Shown here one piece after another: positions 25,198-37,298 of a DNA stretch of 64,000 bases. Source of the stretch: Squalus acanthias (taxonomy: Eukaryota); contig CM059432.1 of the NCBI GenBank assembly GCA_030390025.1, positions 12,772,001 through 12,836,000 on the forward strand, given 5' to 3'. The position numbers and the translations under genes are program-made. The notes under the pieces are model-generated. The model searched no databases. It saw only the letters and a list, made by a program, of their open reading frames with translations, and was not told the DNA's origin. Numbering within the stretch: the first letter of the stretch is position 1; the number at the start of each line of letters is the position of its first letter.

Positions 25198-27163
25198 CTA
25201 CTTGTGCATTATTTTTCTTTTACGCATGCTCCTACGTGGTGCTTCCCCTGTGGCTTCAGCAGATGTGGAGGCCCCTTGCTCACTTTCTTGCTGCTCCTGC
25301 CTCGACACCATTGGCGGGCGTCCTCTGGGGTTGCGAACCTGTGAGGGCTCGGCAACAGTCTGCTGCTCCTGCAGCTGTGCAGGGGTTGAGACAGCGATTT
25401 CAGTTGGGTGAGGACTCTGGTGGGGCTCTGACCGAGGGCTTTGCAGTGGCTTGGTCGTGTGAGCGCTTGGAGAGGAGCCCCCACTTCCTTGTTGTCTGCC
25501 GCCAACATCCCTCTCATGGGTCAGCCCCACTTCAGCGCTTGCAAGTGGATTGAGAGCACCTTGCTGCACATCAGGGGGGCCATGGGGACCCGTATCTGCA
25601 CTGGAAGTCCTACTCAGAAGGACTTCCATGAAGGTCTGGTGTCTGTGTTCAATAGATGACCATCGCTCCTCAAGAGATGCCAGTCTATTCTGAACAATGA
25701 CCATGTTTTCTACACTCTGGCGACTTATCTCCTCCATAGCCGTAGCCATCTTCCCCTCTACTGTAGCTATCCTTTCCACGGAGGATGCCATCCTTTCCGT
25801 GGTGATGCGTTCATGTGCCAATGACTCCACAAAGGCTCTGCTCATGTTCGCTATGGACTCCTCCATTCGCTCCACACTCGCAGCGACCCTGGAGACAAAA
25901 CCTGCCAGAGACTCCTGCATCTGTTCCTGGAGTTCCAGCACCGCTGATCTTATGGATGGACCCAGAGGCAGAGGGTCGACATGCAGCTGAGCCGAGCTAG
26001 GAGAGTCCTGTGCCCTCCGACTAGGACTCTCCACTGCTGTCCCTGTCTCCACTATCTGCTGATGCTCACTTGTGAGCTGTGATACACCAGGTGACAACAC
26101 TACTCTCTCTTGCGATGTTCCCTCCGAGGTGTAAGTGTCTGCGCTGGTGCTGGGTGCGCTGAATTCTGCTGACGCGGCGACCTCAGAGGTTGCAGCTTCC
26201 TCTGAGGAGTTGTGAGGCTCATGCTCTTCCTCCTGGACGGTGGGGACGGGGGCTTTCGATGGTCCTGGGGGGAAGTAAATTAAAGAGTCAGAGATGTGAG
26301 TCCAAGGTTACATGCACATTGCATATTGCAGATGATCATAAGTCAGTCTGCTGGAGCATCAGAATCATTATCAGTGACTCATGCAATGTCAATGAGAGAG
26401 ATGATAAACTATTCTGTCACCAGCTTGCTCTGATGCACCCATCTGTCCGTCCCCCACTTGCACATCCTCCTCCACTCCCATGATCTCCAGGACCGCCTCC
26501 TCCCAGGGGGTGAGCTGGGCTACTGAGGGTGGCCCTCCTCCTGTCCTCGCTCTTTCCCTCTTATTGTGAGCTCTCTTTTCCTGCAATGAGGGAGACAAGT
26601 GGAGTTTGAGTGAGAATGAAGGAGTGAGTGTAGAGAATCTATATCATTGATGGTTAGAAGGAGACAAATTCGGAGTGAGGTGGCAAGACCATGGGCCCTC
26701 CCTGTGTGTTGTAAGTTGTTTTCATAGCATCACAGCGATAGGGAGTGTGAGGGCTGAATAGTCGAATAGTTAGGTGAATGTGACCATACAGAGAGAGGGA
26801 ATGGGTAGGGGTGCAGGGATGTCAGTGTCAAGTGGGATGTGGAGGAAGAGGTTGTCAAAGCTGAGTGCTGGTGAGGAGAGGCAATGGGGATCAGAATGAG
26901 GATGATGGGAAATTCATACTCACTTTTCCAGTGCGCAGCAGGTCATGAAACCTCTTCCTGCACTGAAGCCAGGTTCTGCGGGTTATGGACAACGAGTTGA
27001 CCTCCTCTGCCACCTGGATCCACACAGCCTTGGTTTGATGGGAAGGTTTCTTTCTCCCTGAAGAAGGGAAGAGCACCTCCTTATTAGCTCTGGCTCCCTC
27101 AATTAAAGCTTGCAGGGCGACGTCATCAAATCGAGGTGCAGACCTAGGTCTCTGGCTGGCCAT
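25198..27163 (-). CDS. Harbinger Myb/SANT-like (trihelix) DNA-binding protein, about 488 aa; exons 27163-26924, 26580-26421, 26264-25198
   Basis: RSAPRFDDVALQALIEG..LF..WIQVAEEVNS..RTWLQCRKRFHDL then KRAHNKRERARTGGGPP; GT-AG introns with compatible phases (0, 1); no stops; C-terminal RRSMRKRK; second donor is weak and an upstream ATG at 27187 is possible. Confidence 0.85.
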
Positions 27164-27614
27164 TCTTCCTGCAGGTGCCTCTAACATGCAACGGTTGAAG
27201 CTTGGCATTCTGCAGAGGAAGCAAGGCTTGTTGCAGACCTTAAATGCTGCAGCAATGATGACGTCATCGGAAGCGACTTTCAGACTGGAAAATCTCACTG
27301 GGGATGGGTTCCCACACGTTGGAACTCAATTGGCCAATTATGTTAAAATCGCATCAATCTCCCACATCGATTTAGATTCGGGTGGCTAACACGAAATGCG
27401 GATTACACGACCCTAGCCCGCCCCTGAATAAAAATCCAGCCCTTTGAGTATATTTAAGGCTGAGATAGGTAGATCTTTGGACTCTAGGGGAATCAAGGGA
27501 TATGGAGATTGGGCGGGAAAGTGGAGTTGAGGTCGATGATCAGCCATGATCTTATTGAATGGCTCGAGGGGCCATATGGCCTACTCCTGCTCTTATTTCT
27601 TATGTTTTTCTGTT

Positions 27615-28255
27615 CGTAAAGCGAACGAAAGCTCAGGGTCACACTTGTGGACTGAACGGAGGTGTTCATCAAAGTGATTACCCAATCTGTATTTGGTCTC
27701 CTCATTGTAGAGCAGTCCGCATTGTGAGCAGCGAATACAGTAGACTAACTTGGAAGAAGTACAAGTAAATAGCTGTTTCACATGGCTGGAGTGTTTGGGG
27801 CCCTGAACGGTGGGAAGGGAGGTGGTGAAAGGGCAGGTGTTGCATCTCCTATGTTTGCACGGGAAGGTGCTGTGGGATGGGGAGCGGGTATTGGGGGTGA
27901 TGGAAGAGTGGACCAGGGTGTCACGGAGGGAACGGTCCCTTCGGAATGCTGAAAGGCGAGGGGAAGATGTGTTTGATGGTGACATTGTGCTGGAGATGGC
28001 AGAGGACAGTCCATTGAATATGACAGTTGATGGGGTGGAAGGTGAAGGCAACGGGGACCCTATCATGCATCTAGGTGGGAGGGGAAAGGGTGAGGGTGGA
28101 AGTGCGGTAAATGGGACGGTCTCAGTCGGGCGCCCTGCCAACCACGGTGGAGGGGAATCCTCAGCTGAGGAAACAGGAAGGCATTCCAGCACTGGTGTGG
28201 AAGGTGGCTTCAACGGAACACATGCGACGGAGATGGAGAAACTTGGAAAATGGAA
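27615..28255 (-). mobile_element. Penelope-like GIY-YIG region fragment
   Basis: AFRRDRSLRDTLVHS...PCKHRRCNTCP...FTCTSSKLVYCIRCSQCGLLY..ETKYRLGNHFDEHLRSV. Confidence 0.88.
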
Positions 28256-28579
28256 TGCGTGAGAAGTTGGAATTGTCATGATCACATGCAATAATACTCA
28301 AGTATCAGCATGCAGCCCACAATGGGTGCGATGACATGTACCTATATACCCTGCAGCTACATTAGAGGGAGATTATTTTAGGCTAAATGCTTGTAAGGAC
28401 GTGAGTGAGTGAAGACTGAAGGGTGGGGCTACAAGGCGCACCCTGTTGCATAATGTAGATGCATGCTAAAGCTTGAACGTACTTTAAAATCATCTGAGGG
28501 GAAGGAATTGTAAATGTCATACATGCATGCATTGTATTAACAGAAGGTAGTGGTGGGTTTTCATACCTTGGCTGTCCTA

Positions 28580-29015
28580 TGAACATAAGAAATAGGAACA
28601 GGAGTCGGCCATACGGCCCTTCGAGCCTGCTCCGTCATTCAATAAGATCATGGCTGATCTTCGACCTCAACTCCACTTTCCCCCCAATCCCCATATCCAT
28701 TGATTCCCTTAGAGTCCAAAATCTATCGATCTCAGCCTTGAATATACTCAACAACTGAGCAGCCACAGCCCTCTGGAGTAGAGAATTCCAAAGATTCACC
28801 ACCCTCTGGGTGAAGACATTTCTCTTCATCTCAGTCCTAAATGGCCGACCCCTTATCCTGAGACTATGACCCTAGTTCTAGTCTCTCCAGCCAGGGGAAA
28901 CAGCCTCTCAGCATCTACCCTGTCAAGCCCTCTCAGAATCTTATATGTTTCAATGAGATCACCTCTCATTCTTATAAACTCTAGCAAGTATAGGCCCAAT
29001 CTACTCAATCTCTCC
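28580..29015 (-). mobile_element. CR1 3' fragment
   Basis: RNVFTQRVVNLWNSLLQRAV. Confidence 0.9.
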
Positions 29016-29624
29016 TGGTGTGGTTATTAAACTTCTGACACTGCTTTCAGGTGTGCTGTACAGGGGAGACGACATTCACACTAGTAGTCACCCCTGCCCA
29101 TTCTCTCTGTGCTTTCCGTCTTGGGTCCTGTACTGCTCAGTGCCGAAGAGGTGTAGAGGTGGACAATAGTTGCCCCTTTAAGCATGCTGCGAGCCTTTAA
29201 ATTCTGCAGCAGCGCCAGATTTCTGCCTGCCAACAGGCAAACCCCCAATCACAGGCACTTTCAACAAGTGATAGGCACGCATTTTTTAACTGCAGAGAGG
29301 TTAGTAGAGAATGGGTAGCAATACCGAGGAGGCAAATAGGAGATGTACTATATAGCACTCAGGAAAGCACGATCAAGGGTTTGAAATATATTGGGAAACT
29401 GCATAAATGAACCCCATGTGCATTTCCTGCCTCTTGTATTGTTCTGTCCATACCAGAACATCCATAGAAAAGGTGGCTGCAGCAAGGTATACACAAGATC
29501 ATCTACAGAGCCATATAATATACACTATTTTGATATTTTTGAGATTTACTCAAAAGAAAATGTTGTAGCTAAGCCATAAACTGAAATTGGCTTACATAGG
29601 AAGAACATGGGACTAGCAGTAAGC

Positions 29625-30170
29625 TATAGGCTGACACTCTGGGAGTGCTGCACTGTCAGAGGTGCTGTCTTTTGGAGGAGACGTTAAAACGAAGACCAGT
29701 CTGCCCTCTCAGGTGGATGTAAAAGATCCCATGGCACTGTTTAGAGAGCAGGGGAGTTCTCCCTGGTCTCCTGGCCAATATTTATCCCTCATCCAACGCC
29801 TAAAAACAGATGATCTGGTCATTATCACAGAATCACAGAATCCCCACAGTGCAGATAGAGGCCATTTCAGGCCCATCGAGCCTGCACCGACACATATCCC
29901 ACCCTATCCCTGTAACCCCACGTATTTAATCCCCCTAACACTAAGGGTCAATTTATCATAGCCAAATCAACCTAACCTGCACATCTTTGGACTGTGGGAG
30001 GAAACCGGAGCACCCGGAGGAAACCCACGCAGACACGGGGAGAATGTGCAAACTCCACACAGACAGTCACCCGAGGCCGGATTCGAACCCGGGTCCCTGT
30101 CGCTGTGAGGCAACAGTGCTAACCACTATCACATTGCTGTTTGTGGGACCTTGCTGTGCACACATTGGCC
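29625..30170 (+). mobile_element. SacSINE1-like SINE with nested HE1
   Basis: Core gtggatgtaaaagatcccatggcact; resumes tatcacattgctgtttgtggg at 30127. Confidence 0.8.
29830..30126 (-). mobile_element. HE1 V-SINE
   Basis: tRNA head, V-domain, (gattctgt)n tail; TSD tatcaca. Confidence 0.88.
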
Positions 30171-30633
30171 GCCGCCTCTCCCGATCTCCCACTCCCTCCC
30201 TCCTGCGATAGCCACTCTCCCCCCGCCCCCCCAAGCCCCAATCTCTCGCTCTCTCCACCCCTCTCCCGATTGCGGGAGACCGTCCCCTAGGGTCCCCAGC
30301 TGCAGCCTCCTGCCGCTGGCTAGGGTGTCAATTTGGCCGGCTGCCGGGCAGAAAGTAAGAAAAAAAAATTAGAATGGGGTCCTGCCGTTAAACTTGGCAG
30401 GACCTCCCGTCCCCGGCCTTGCCGGGTTTTTCCTGCGCTGCCTTGCTCCCCCACACCCTCTCTGCCTCCCTGTAAATATCGTGGCCATTGTTCCAGACAC
30501 TGTCCTGAATACATACTAGAAATTAATTGCCTTTGTTACTTGAGCTATTTTTCTCCTCCCAGTCGATGTGAAAATTAAAGACTCTCATTGTAACCATATT
30601 GTTTCTGCAGCATCTTTCCCTAATCTTTAACAG

Positions 30634-31025
30634 GGACTTGAGCACATAAAGCTAGGCTGACACTCCAGTGCAGTACTGAGGGAGTGCTGCACTGTCGGAG
30701 GTGCCGTCTTTCAGATGAGGCGTTAAACCGAGGCCTCAGTCTGCTCTCTCAGGTGGATGTAAAAGATCCCACGGCACTATTTTGAAGAAGAGTTGGGGAG
30801 ATATCCCCGGTGTCCTGGACAATCAATCCCTCAATCAACGTACCAAAAAAGCAGATTATCTGGTCATTATCACATTGCTGTTTGTGGGAGCTTGCTGTGC
30901 GCAAATTGGCTGCCATGTTTCCTACATTACAACAGTGACTACACTCAAAAAGTACTTCATTGGCTGTAAAGCGCTTTGAGACGTCCGCTGGTCGTGAAAG
31001 GCGCTATATAAAGGCAAGTCTTTTT
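30634..31025 (+). mobile_element. SacSINE1-like SINE
   Basis: Core and tail match the other copies. Confidence 0.88.
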
Positions 31026-31309
31026 TTAATATTTATACATCTCCCCACTACATCACTACCGTCTGGATCCCTGTAGACAACACCTACCAGAGTCTTGCCA
31101 TTTTAATGTTCTGATAGTTATTAATGATACTGTTTTGTATGACATCTTTAAAATAATTACATAGAATTTTACAGCACAGAAACAGGCCATTCGGCCCAAA
31201 CGGTCTATGCTGGTGTTTATGCTCCTAACGAGCCTCGTATTCCTAACTTCACAGGGGCAGAAAATTTAAAAGAAAGTTGTAATTTCTAACATAAGGGAAA
31301 GAGGGAGAT

Positions 31310-31695
31310 GACATTTACATAGCGCCTGATCATCTCCTCAGGACCTTTCAAAGCACTGGCGAACACTGGATTATTTTTGAAGTGTAGCAGTTATTGTTGT
31401 CATTTGGCCAAATGCAGCAGCCAATTTGCACAAAGCAAGGTTCCACAACCAACAAATAAAGCGAATGACCAGTTAGTCTGTTTTTTGCTGGTGTTATTGA
31501 GGGAGAAATGTTAGCCCAGGACACTGGGAGAACTGGCTGTTCTTTGAATAGTATCGTGGGGCTTGTTACATCAGCTGAGCAGACAGACACCACTTCGGTT
31601 TAACATCTCATCCAAAAGACGGCCCCTCTGACAATGAGCACTCCTTCAGTACTGCATAGAAATGACAGTCTGGGTTGTATGTGCCCAAGTCCTGG
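31310..31695 (-). mobile_element. Degenerate SacSINE1-like SINE
   Basis: gcagcagccaatttgcaca...ggtttaacatctcatccaaaagacggc. Confidence 0.75.
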
Positions 31696-31719
31696 CATGT
31701 ACAACATAGGGTCAACAAA

Positions 31720-32150
31720 CTTAAAAGGCAGTTTTTACAACCTTTACCTGTTGCCATATTCAATTTGAAAATATTCTTTGCTATTCTGATGCCTTTTTAT
31801 AATCCTGGCATGCCTTTTGGCATTGAATCCACCTTAATTCTGTGCCATTTTCCTTCACGGCCTTAAATGCCATTTTTATCGTCTTTATGAGTTGCTTGGT
31901 ATTCCCGTTCAACCAGGCAGGAGTGCCTTTAAGCCTGGTAACTTTGCTTTGCAAAGGTACACATTGGCCCATTGTGTTCAGAATCACCTCACTGAAGTAA
32001 CTCTATAGTTCCTCCACTCCCCAAGCCCACTCTGACAAGACTTCTAAAGTACATAAACTTAATCCTCTTAAAATTTGCCAATTTTGTTTGGGTTTTTATC
32101 ACCTCACTAATCCTTGTAATGGCACATTGTGATCACATTGTGATCACTGG
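31720..32150 (-). mobile_element. Old CR1 ORF2 fragment (post-endonuclease region)
   Basis: DHNV..ANF motifs and TPAWLNGNTKQLIK. Confidence 0.55.
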
Positions 32151-32280
32151 TACTTCAAGCCTCACCCACCTTTGTGTTGGAGCTGTGATGTCAGCCATGG
32201 CTCAGTGGGTAGCATACTTGCCTCTCTGAGTCAGAAGGTTGTGCGTTCGAATCCCACTCCATGAGACTTGAGCACATAAA

Positions 32281-32407
32281 ACTTCACCTGACGAAGGAGC
32301 AGCGCTCCGAAAGCTTGTGATTTCAAATAAAACTGTTGGGACTATAACCTGGTGTTGTGCGACTTCTCACATTTGTCCACCCCAGTCCAACACCGGCATC
32401 TCCACAT
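32281..32407 (+). mobile_element. 127-bp Penelope-related non-coding insertion
   Basis: TSD cacataaa (32273-32280/32408-32415); hammerhead at 5' end; aataaa. Confidence 0.75.
32284..32320 (+). ncRNA. Minimal hammerhead ribozyme motif
   Basis: tcac-CTGACGA-a-ggagc.agc.gctcc-GAAA-gc-TT-gtga; palindromic AAGCTT. Confidence 0.8.
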
Positions 32408-33030
32408 CACATAAATCTAGGCTGACACTCCAGTGCAGTACTGAGGGAGCGCTGCACTGTCGAGGATGCTGTCTTTTGGATGAGACGTTAAACCGAGGCC
32501 CCTTCTGCTTTCTCAGGTGGACGTAAAAGATCCTATAGCACTATTTTGAAGTAGAGCAGGGGAGTTATCCCTCAATCAACATCACTAAAACAGATTATCT
32601 GGTCTTCACCACATTGCTGTTTGTGGGAGCTTGCTGTGCGCAGATTGGCTGCTGTGTTTCCTACATTACAACAGTGACTACACTTCAAAAAGTACTTCAT
32701 TGGCTGTAAAGCGCTTTGGGACATCCAGTGGTTGTGAAAGGCGCTATAGAAATGCAAGTCTTTCTTTTATTACTCATAATCAAATCCAAGATGTTTTCTC
32801 CCCTTGTCGGCTCTTGTCATAAAAATCTACAACTACTACAGTCGGTCCCTTACTAGTCATCTTCGGTGGGGGAGTCCAGAACAAGAGGGCATAACCTTAA
32901 AATTAGAGCTAGGCCATTCAGGGTGATGTCAGGATGCATTTTTTCATCCAAAGGGTAGTGGAAATCTGGAACTCTCTCCCAAAAAGCTGGTGAGGCTGGG
33001 GGTCAATTGAAAATTTCAAAAGCTGAGATT

Positions 33031-34275
33031 GGAATTTTTTGAGGATGTAACTGGTAGAATAGATAAGGGAGAACCAGTGGATGTGGTGTATTTGGACTTT
33101 CAGAAGGCTTTCGATAAGGTCCCGCATAAGAGATTAGCGTGCAAAGTTAAAGCACATGGGATTGGGGGTAAGGTACTGACTTGGATAGAGAACTGGTTGG
33201 CAGACAGGAAGCAAAGAGTTGGAATAAACAGGTCTTTTTCCGAGTGGCAGGCAGTGACTAGTGGGGTACCGCAGGGATCGGTGCTAGGACCCCAGTTAGT
33301 CACAATATATATTAATGATCTAAACGAGGGAACTAGATGTAATATCTCCAAGTTTGCAGACGACACAAAGCTGGGTGGGCGTGTGTGCTGTGAGGAGGAT
33401 GCAGAGGAACTCCAGTATGATTTGGACAGGTTGGGTGTTTGGGCAGATGCCTGGCAGATGCAGTATAATGTGGATCAATGCGAGGTTATCCACGTTGGTG
33501 GCAAAAGCAGGAAGGCAGATTATTATCTGAACGGCACTAGATTGGGAAAAGTGGAAGTGCAACGAGACCTGGGTGTCCTTGTGCACCAGTCGCTGAAGGT
33601 AAGCATGCAGGTGCAGCAGGCGGTTAAGAAGGCAAATGGTATGTTGGCCTTCATAGCGAGAGGATTCGAGTACAGGAGCAAGGATGTCTTGCTGCAGTTG
33701 TACAGGGCCTTGGTGAGACCACACCTTGAGTATTGTGTGCAGTTTTGGTCGCCTTATCTGAGGAAGGATGTTCTTGCCATGGAGGGAGTGCAGCGAAGAT
33801 TCACCAGACTGATACCTGGGATGGCAGGAATGACGTATGAAGAGAGATTGGGTCGATTGGGCTTGTATTCGCTAGAGTTTAGAAGAATGAGAGGGGATCT
33901 CATTGAAACTTATAAAATTCTAACAGGACTAGACAGACTAGATGCAGGAAGGATGTTCCCGATGGCAGGGGAGTCCAGAACCAGGGGTCACAGTCTAAGG
34001 ATAAGGGGTAAGCCATTAGGACTGAGATGAGGAGGAATTTCTTCACCCAGAGAGTGGTGAACCTGTGGAATTCTCTACCACAGAAGACAGTTAAGGCCAA
34101 TTCATTAAATATATTCAAGAAGGAGTTAGATATATTTCTTAAGGCTAAAGGGATCAAGGGATATGGGGAGAAAGCAGGGACAGGGTACTGAATTTGGATG
34201 ATCAGCCATGATCTCATTGAATGGCGGAGCAGGCTCGAGAGGCCGAATCCTGCTCCTATCTTCTATGTTTCTATG
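33031..34275 (+). mobile_element. Young CR1 (RT to 3' end) inserted in an older CR1 tail (32865-33030)
   Basis: 333-aa ORF with YLDFQKAFDKVPH, PQGSVLGP, KFADDTK; frameshift near 34015; (ttctatgt)n tail. Confidence 0.95.
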
Positions 34276-34354
34276 ATAGGTTTTTAATTAGATGGCAGAG
34301 CTCGATTTCACAGTCACCTGATTTGAAACAGTTCTGTTGTTCTGTTCAGCGAGT

Positions 34355-34520
34355 TATGATCTGGAATGCGCTGCCTGAAAGGGTGCTGGGAGCAGATTCA
34401 AGAGTAGCTTTCAAAAGGAAATTGGATAAATACTTAAAAAGGAAAAATTTGCAGAGCTATGGGGTAAGAGCAAGGGGAGTGGGACTAATTGGTAGCTCTT
34501 TGAAAGAGCCGGGACAGGCT
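34355..34520 (+). mobile_element. CR1 3' fragment
   Basis: IWNALPERVLGADSRVAFKRKLDKYL. Confidence 0.8.
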
Positions 34521-37298
34521 CTCCTCGGAAATACTGTTCACCATCATATGTCACAGCAGTACCTGGTCGTAGTATACTGCCGATACTGAATAAGGGAACA
34601 TTATCACACTCTTAATTCATGAATGGCAGCGCTTCCGAATATTTGTACGGTTAAGCTTAATCTTCAGTGACCAACCATGCGCAAAGAACCTATGTGACCT
34701 CTTCCAGTGCAGGTGATGAATAGACTGCACCTACAGCAACAGCACGAGCCCCCTTCCTGCAGTCCCATCCTATCCACTCTAATCACCACAGCTGAAGGGA
34801 TCCATAGCTGACCACGGAACAGACAGATCCCAGCCCCCTACCAGCCACTTCATTTACAAAAGGTACCTTACACTGTAGGCTAACAACACCATTCCCAATC
34901 TCAGTGCTCAAAATTACCCCAGCCTGTCCTTCCCTCCCTTTCCCCATCTTTTTGCATCCTGGACATCCTGACGAGGAATCCCCCTTGGCTCCACCAACTA
35001 ATAATCCCACCCAAGTACGAAGAGCTGCATAGGATCTTCAATATATAAGCAGCCTTGGGACGTTTTACTACATTAAAGGCGCTATATAAATGCAAGCTGC
35101 TGTTGTTGGACGTACCATGCAACCTGCAAGGCAGCTTGTACTCCGTTATTCTGTATTGGAGCATGACTTGGTAAAATTCTTGCACAAGTCAACGATTTTC
35201 CAAAAATTACGGCCTCCCGATAAATGTCCCACTTTAAAGTGCCTTTTTGTACTAATGTCTAAAAAAAGTCATTGAATGTATTCAAGGCGGAGATTGACAG
35301 ACATTTGAACTACAGGGGAGTCAAGGGGTATGGGGGAAGAGAGCGGGAAAGTGGTGTCGAGGCCAAGATCAGATCAGCCATGATCTCATTGAATGGCGGA
35401 GCAGGCTCGAGGGGCCGACTGGCCGACTCCTGCTCTCGTTTCTGATGTTCTTAAAAGCTATTTTTCTTCACAAAAAGTGTTGCTTGGGTTAAAGTTTAAA
35501 AAACGAGGTCTGGATTGCGTGCATCTGTTATAAATAGCATTTTTCTAGTGCAACACATTTTACTCCTATTAAATATATACTTGAGGTAAAGTGCATAAAA
35601 ACAACCTGAGAAATCAGTTATGCACTTAACAGGAGTGCACTGCACGAACATTAAATCATCCAGTGTAGATAGCAGTTGACACTAACCTTTCACGAGCACA
35701 CTTTGTGTGTGGCCATTGATCTGTATGATGTATTCCCCATTCCCCAGCTGAGTTACTTTTTTTTCCTTTGGTTTTACTCGGTAAGTTGTTTGGGGGGGGG
35801 GGGGGGGTGCAAATTATTCAATCGTTTTAACTGCTCGCAGAACCGCAGGGCCAGATGAAAGAGTGACCTCCACAACCCTCGGGGAGTTGTCGGAGCTTTT
35901 TGAGGAAGGAAAACAATTACATTTATTTTCGGCGAAGGTTAGAGGGGCTCTTTGAAATCGAAAACCGGTCGAGCAGCAGCTGCGGTGAGTTGTGTGACAT
36001 TGTCCTGTCACAATTGCACTGATGTGCGAAATATTAAATCTCCTCTATTGGGAATTGTTCTGGCTCGGCTGCTGCTCTTTTCCATGTTTTTTCCTGTAAG
36101 CTCCCGTACCCACCCCCCCCCCCATCTCATTTCTGACATCTCCTGCGCCAAGCCCCAAGTCACGCAGGTCACGCAAATAGACAAGCATTCCTTAATCCCC
36201 TCAGGTCACCATGAAAGAGAGAAGTGTTATTAACCAGGCTATCAGCCATTTCCAAAAAAGTTCAGGTTTCCGAGAATCCCCTTTTGCACCCTCACCAAAA
36301 AAATGCTGGAGAAAAGACTCCAGCAACCTGTGTGGTTCGAGGCTGCCGGAGAGAGCAACACGGTTTCTTTTTTTGGTTAAGTCGTTTTGCTTTCGACATG
36401 TTTACACCATACTCATGTGTCTTGCATGCTTCATCCTCTCTCCCCTCCCACTCCACCATCAGGAACCCAGACTTGACAACCCAGGGCCCCAGAGCTGTGC
36501 CAGTGAGTTGTCACTGTTGCTAGGTGCTCGACCGTGTGGGAGAGATTTCCCTTGTGTGCTAGGTATGGCAAAATGGTAAAAGCATTCTTTATAGACAGGT
36601 TTACGATTTTTTGCTACACCTAAGGACATCTTCCCACCCTGCAGGGAATCATCTGCACCTTATCACTCTACGGATGACAAATACATCCAATAGCACCTTT
36701 ATTACTACAATATACAATTAGAACTTTTACCCCTTAATCCCTCCTTTCGTTTGCTGTTGGTTTCAGAGTGCACAGAATTAAAGGCAGAATTCCATTCTTT
36801 TTGCAACACCGCAGGCCCAATTATGTGTGCCGCAACAGGTGCTTAACTTTTGCTTCAGTGGTAACAGAAAGAACACACACTGGCTCCAAAAATTCCCCAG
36901 AGGTCCCCTCAGTCTCCTACTCTGACTCTGGCAGGAGCTCCCAGAGGAACAGCGCAGGTGGCCGTTTCCAGCTGTTTACACCGTGGAGGCGGGGGGCAGG
37001 GAATCCGAGACTGGGAGAACCGCCGAGGAATTTCAGGGCTATCAATTTTATGGAGGATAATTCTCAACTGCAACCACCTGGGCAGGAAGATAGAACAGCG
37101 CTCTGATGTTCAGTGGTATGAAAAAAATCAGACATGCCCAACTTCAGTGCAAAATATTATGACTACAATTTATTTTCCTCGTTATTTTATTTTTAATTCT
37201 ATCCTCGCCGATTCCGAAAGTTCTCCGGCTCATCTTATTTTCTTCGAAATGTTTTAGTCAGACAGCTTGTCATCACAGACTCCAGGTCAAAGCTTTTA

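Larger units (their letters stand above)
24202..27442. mobile_element. PIF/Harbinger DNA transposon, internally deleted (3241 bp)
   Basis: TIR gggctggatttt / aaaatccagccc; 3-bp TSD ttt; Myb/SANT gene and convergent transposase remnant. Confidence 0.92.
22557..27610 (+). mobile_element. CR1 LINE ORF2 (5'-truncated) split by the Harbinger element
   Basis: QHGFMKGKSCLTNLLEFFE...YLDFQK.FDKVPH...KFADD; reads through gctgagtc-ttt-gagtatatttaag once 24202-27442 and one TSD copy are removed. Confidence 0.95.
32190..32770 (+). mobile_element. SacSINE1-like SINE with a nested ribozyme mini-element
   Basis: A-box tggctcagtgg, B-box gttcgaatcc; core and tail. Confidence 0.88.
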
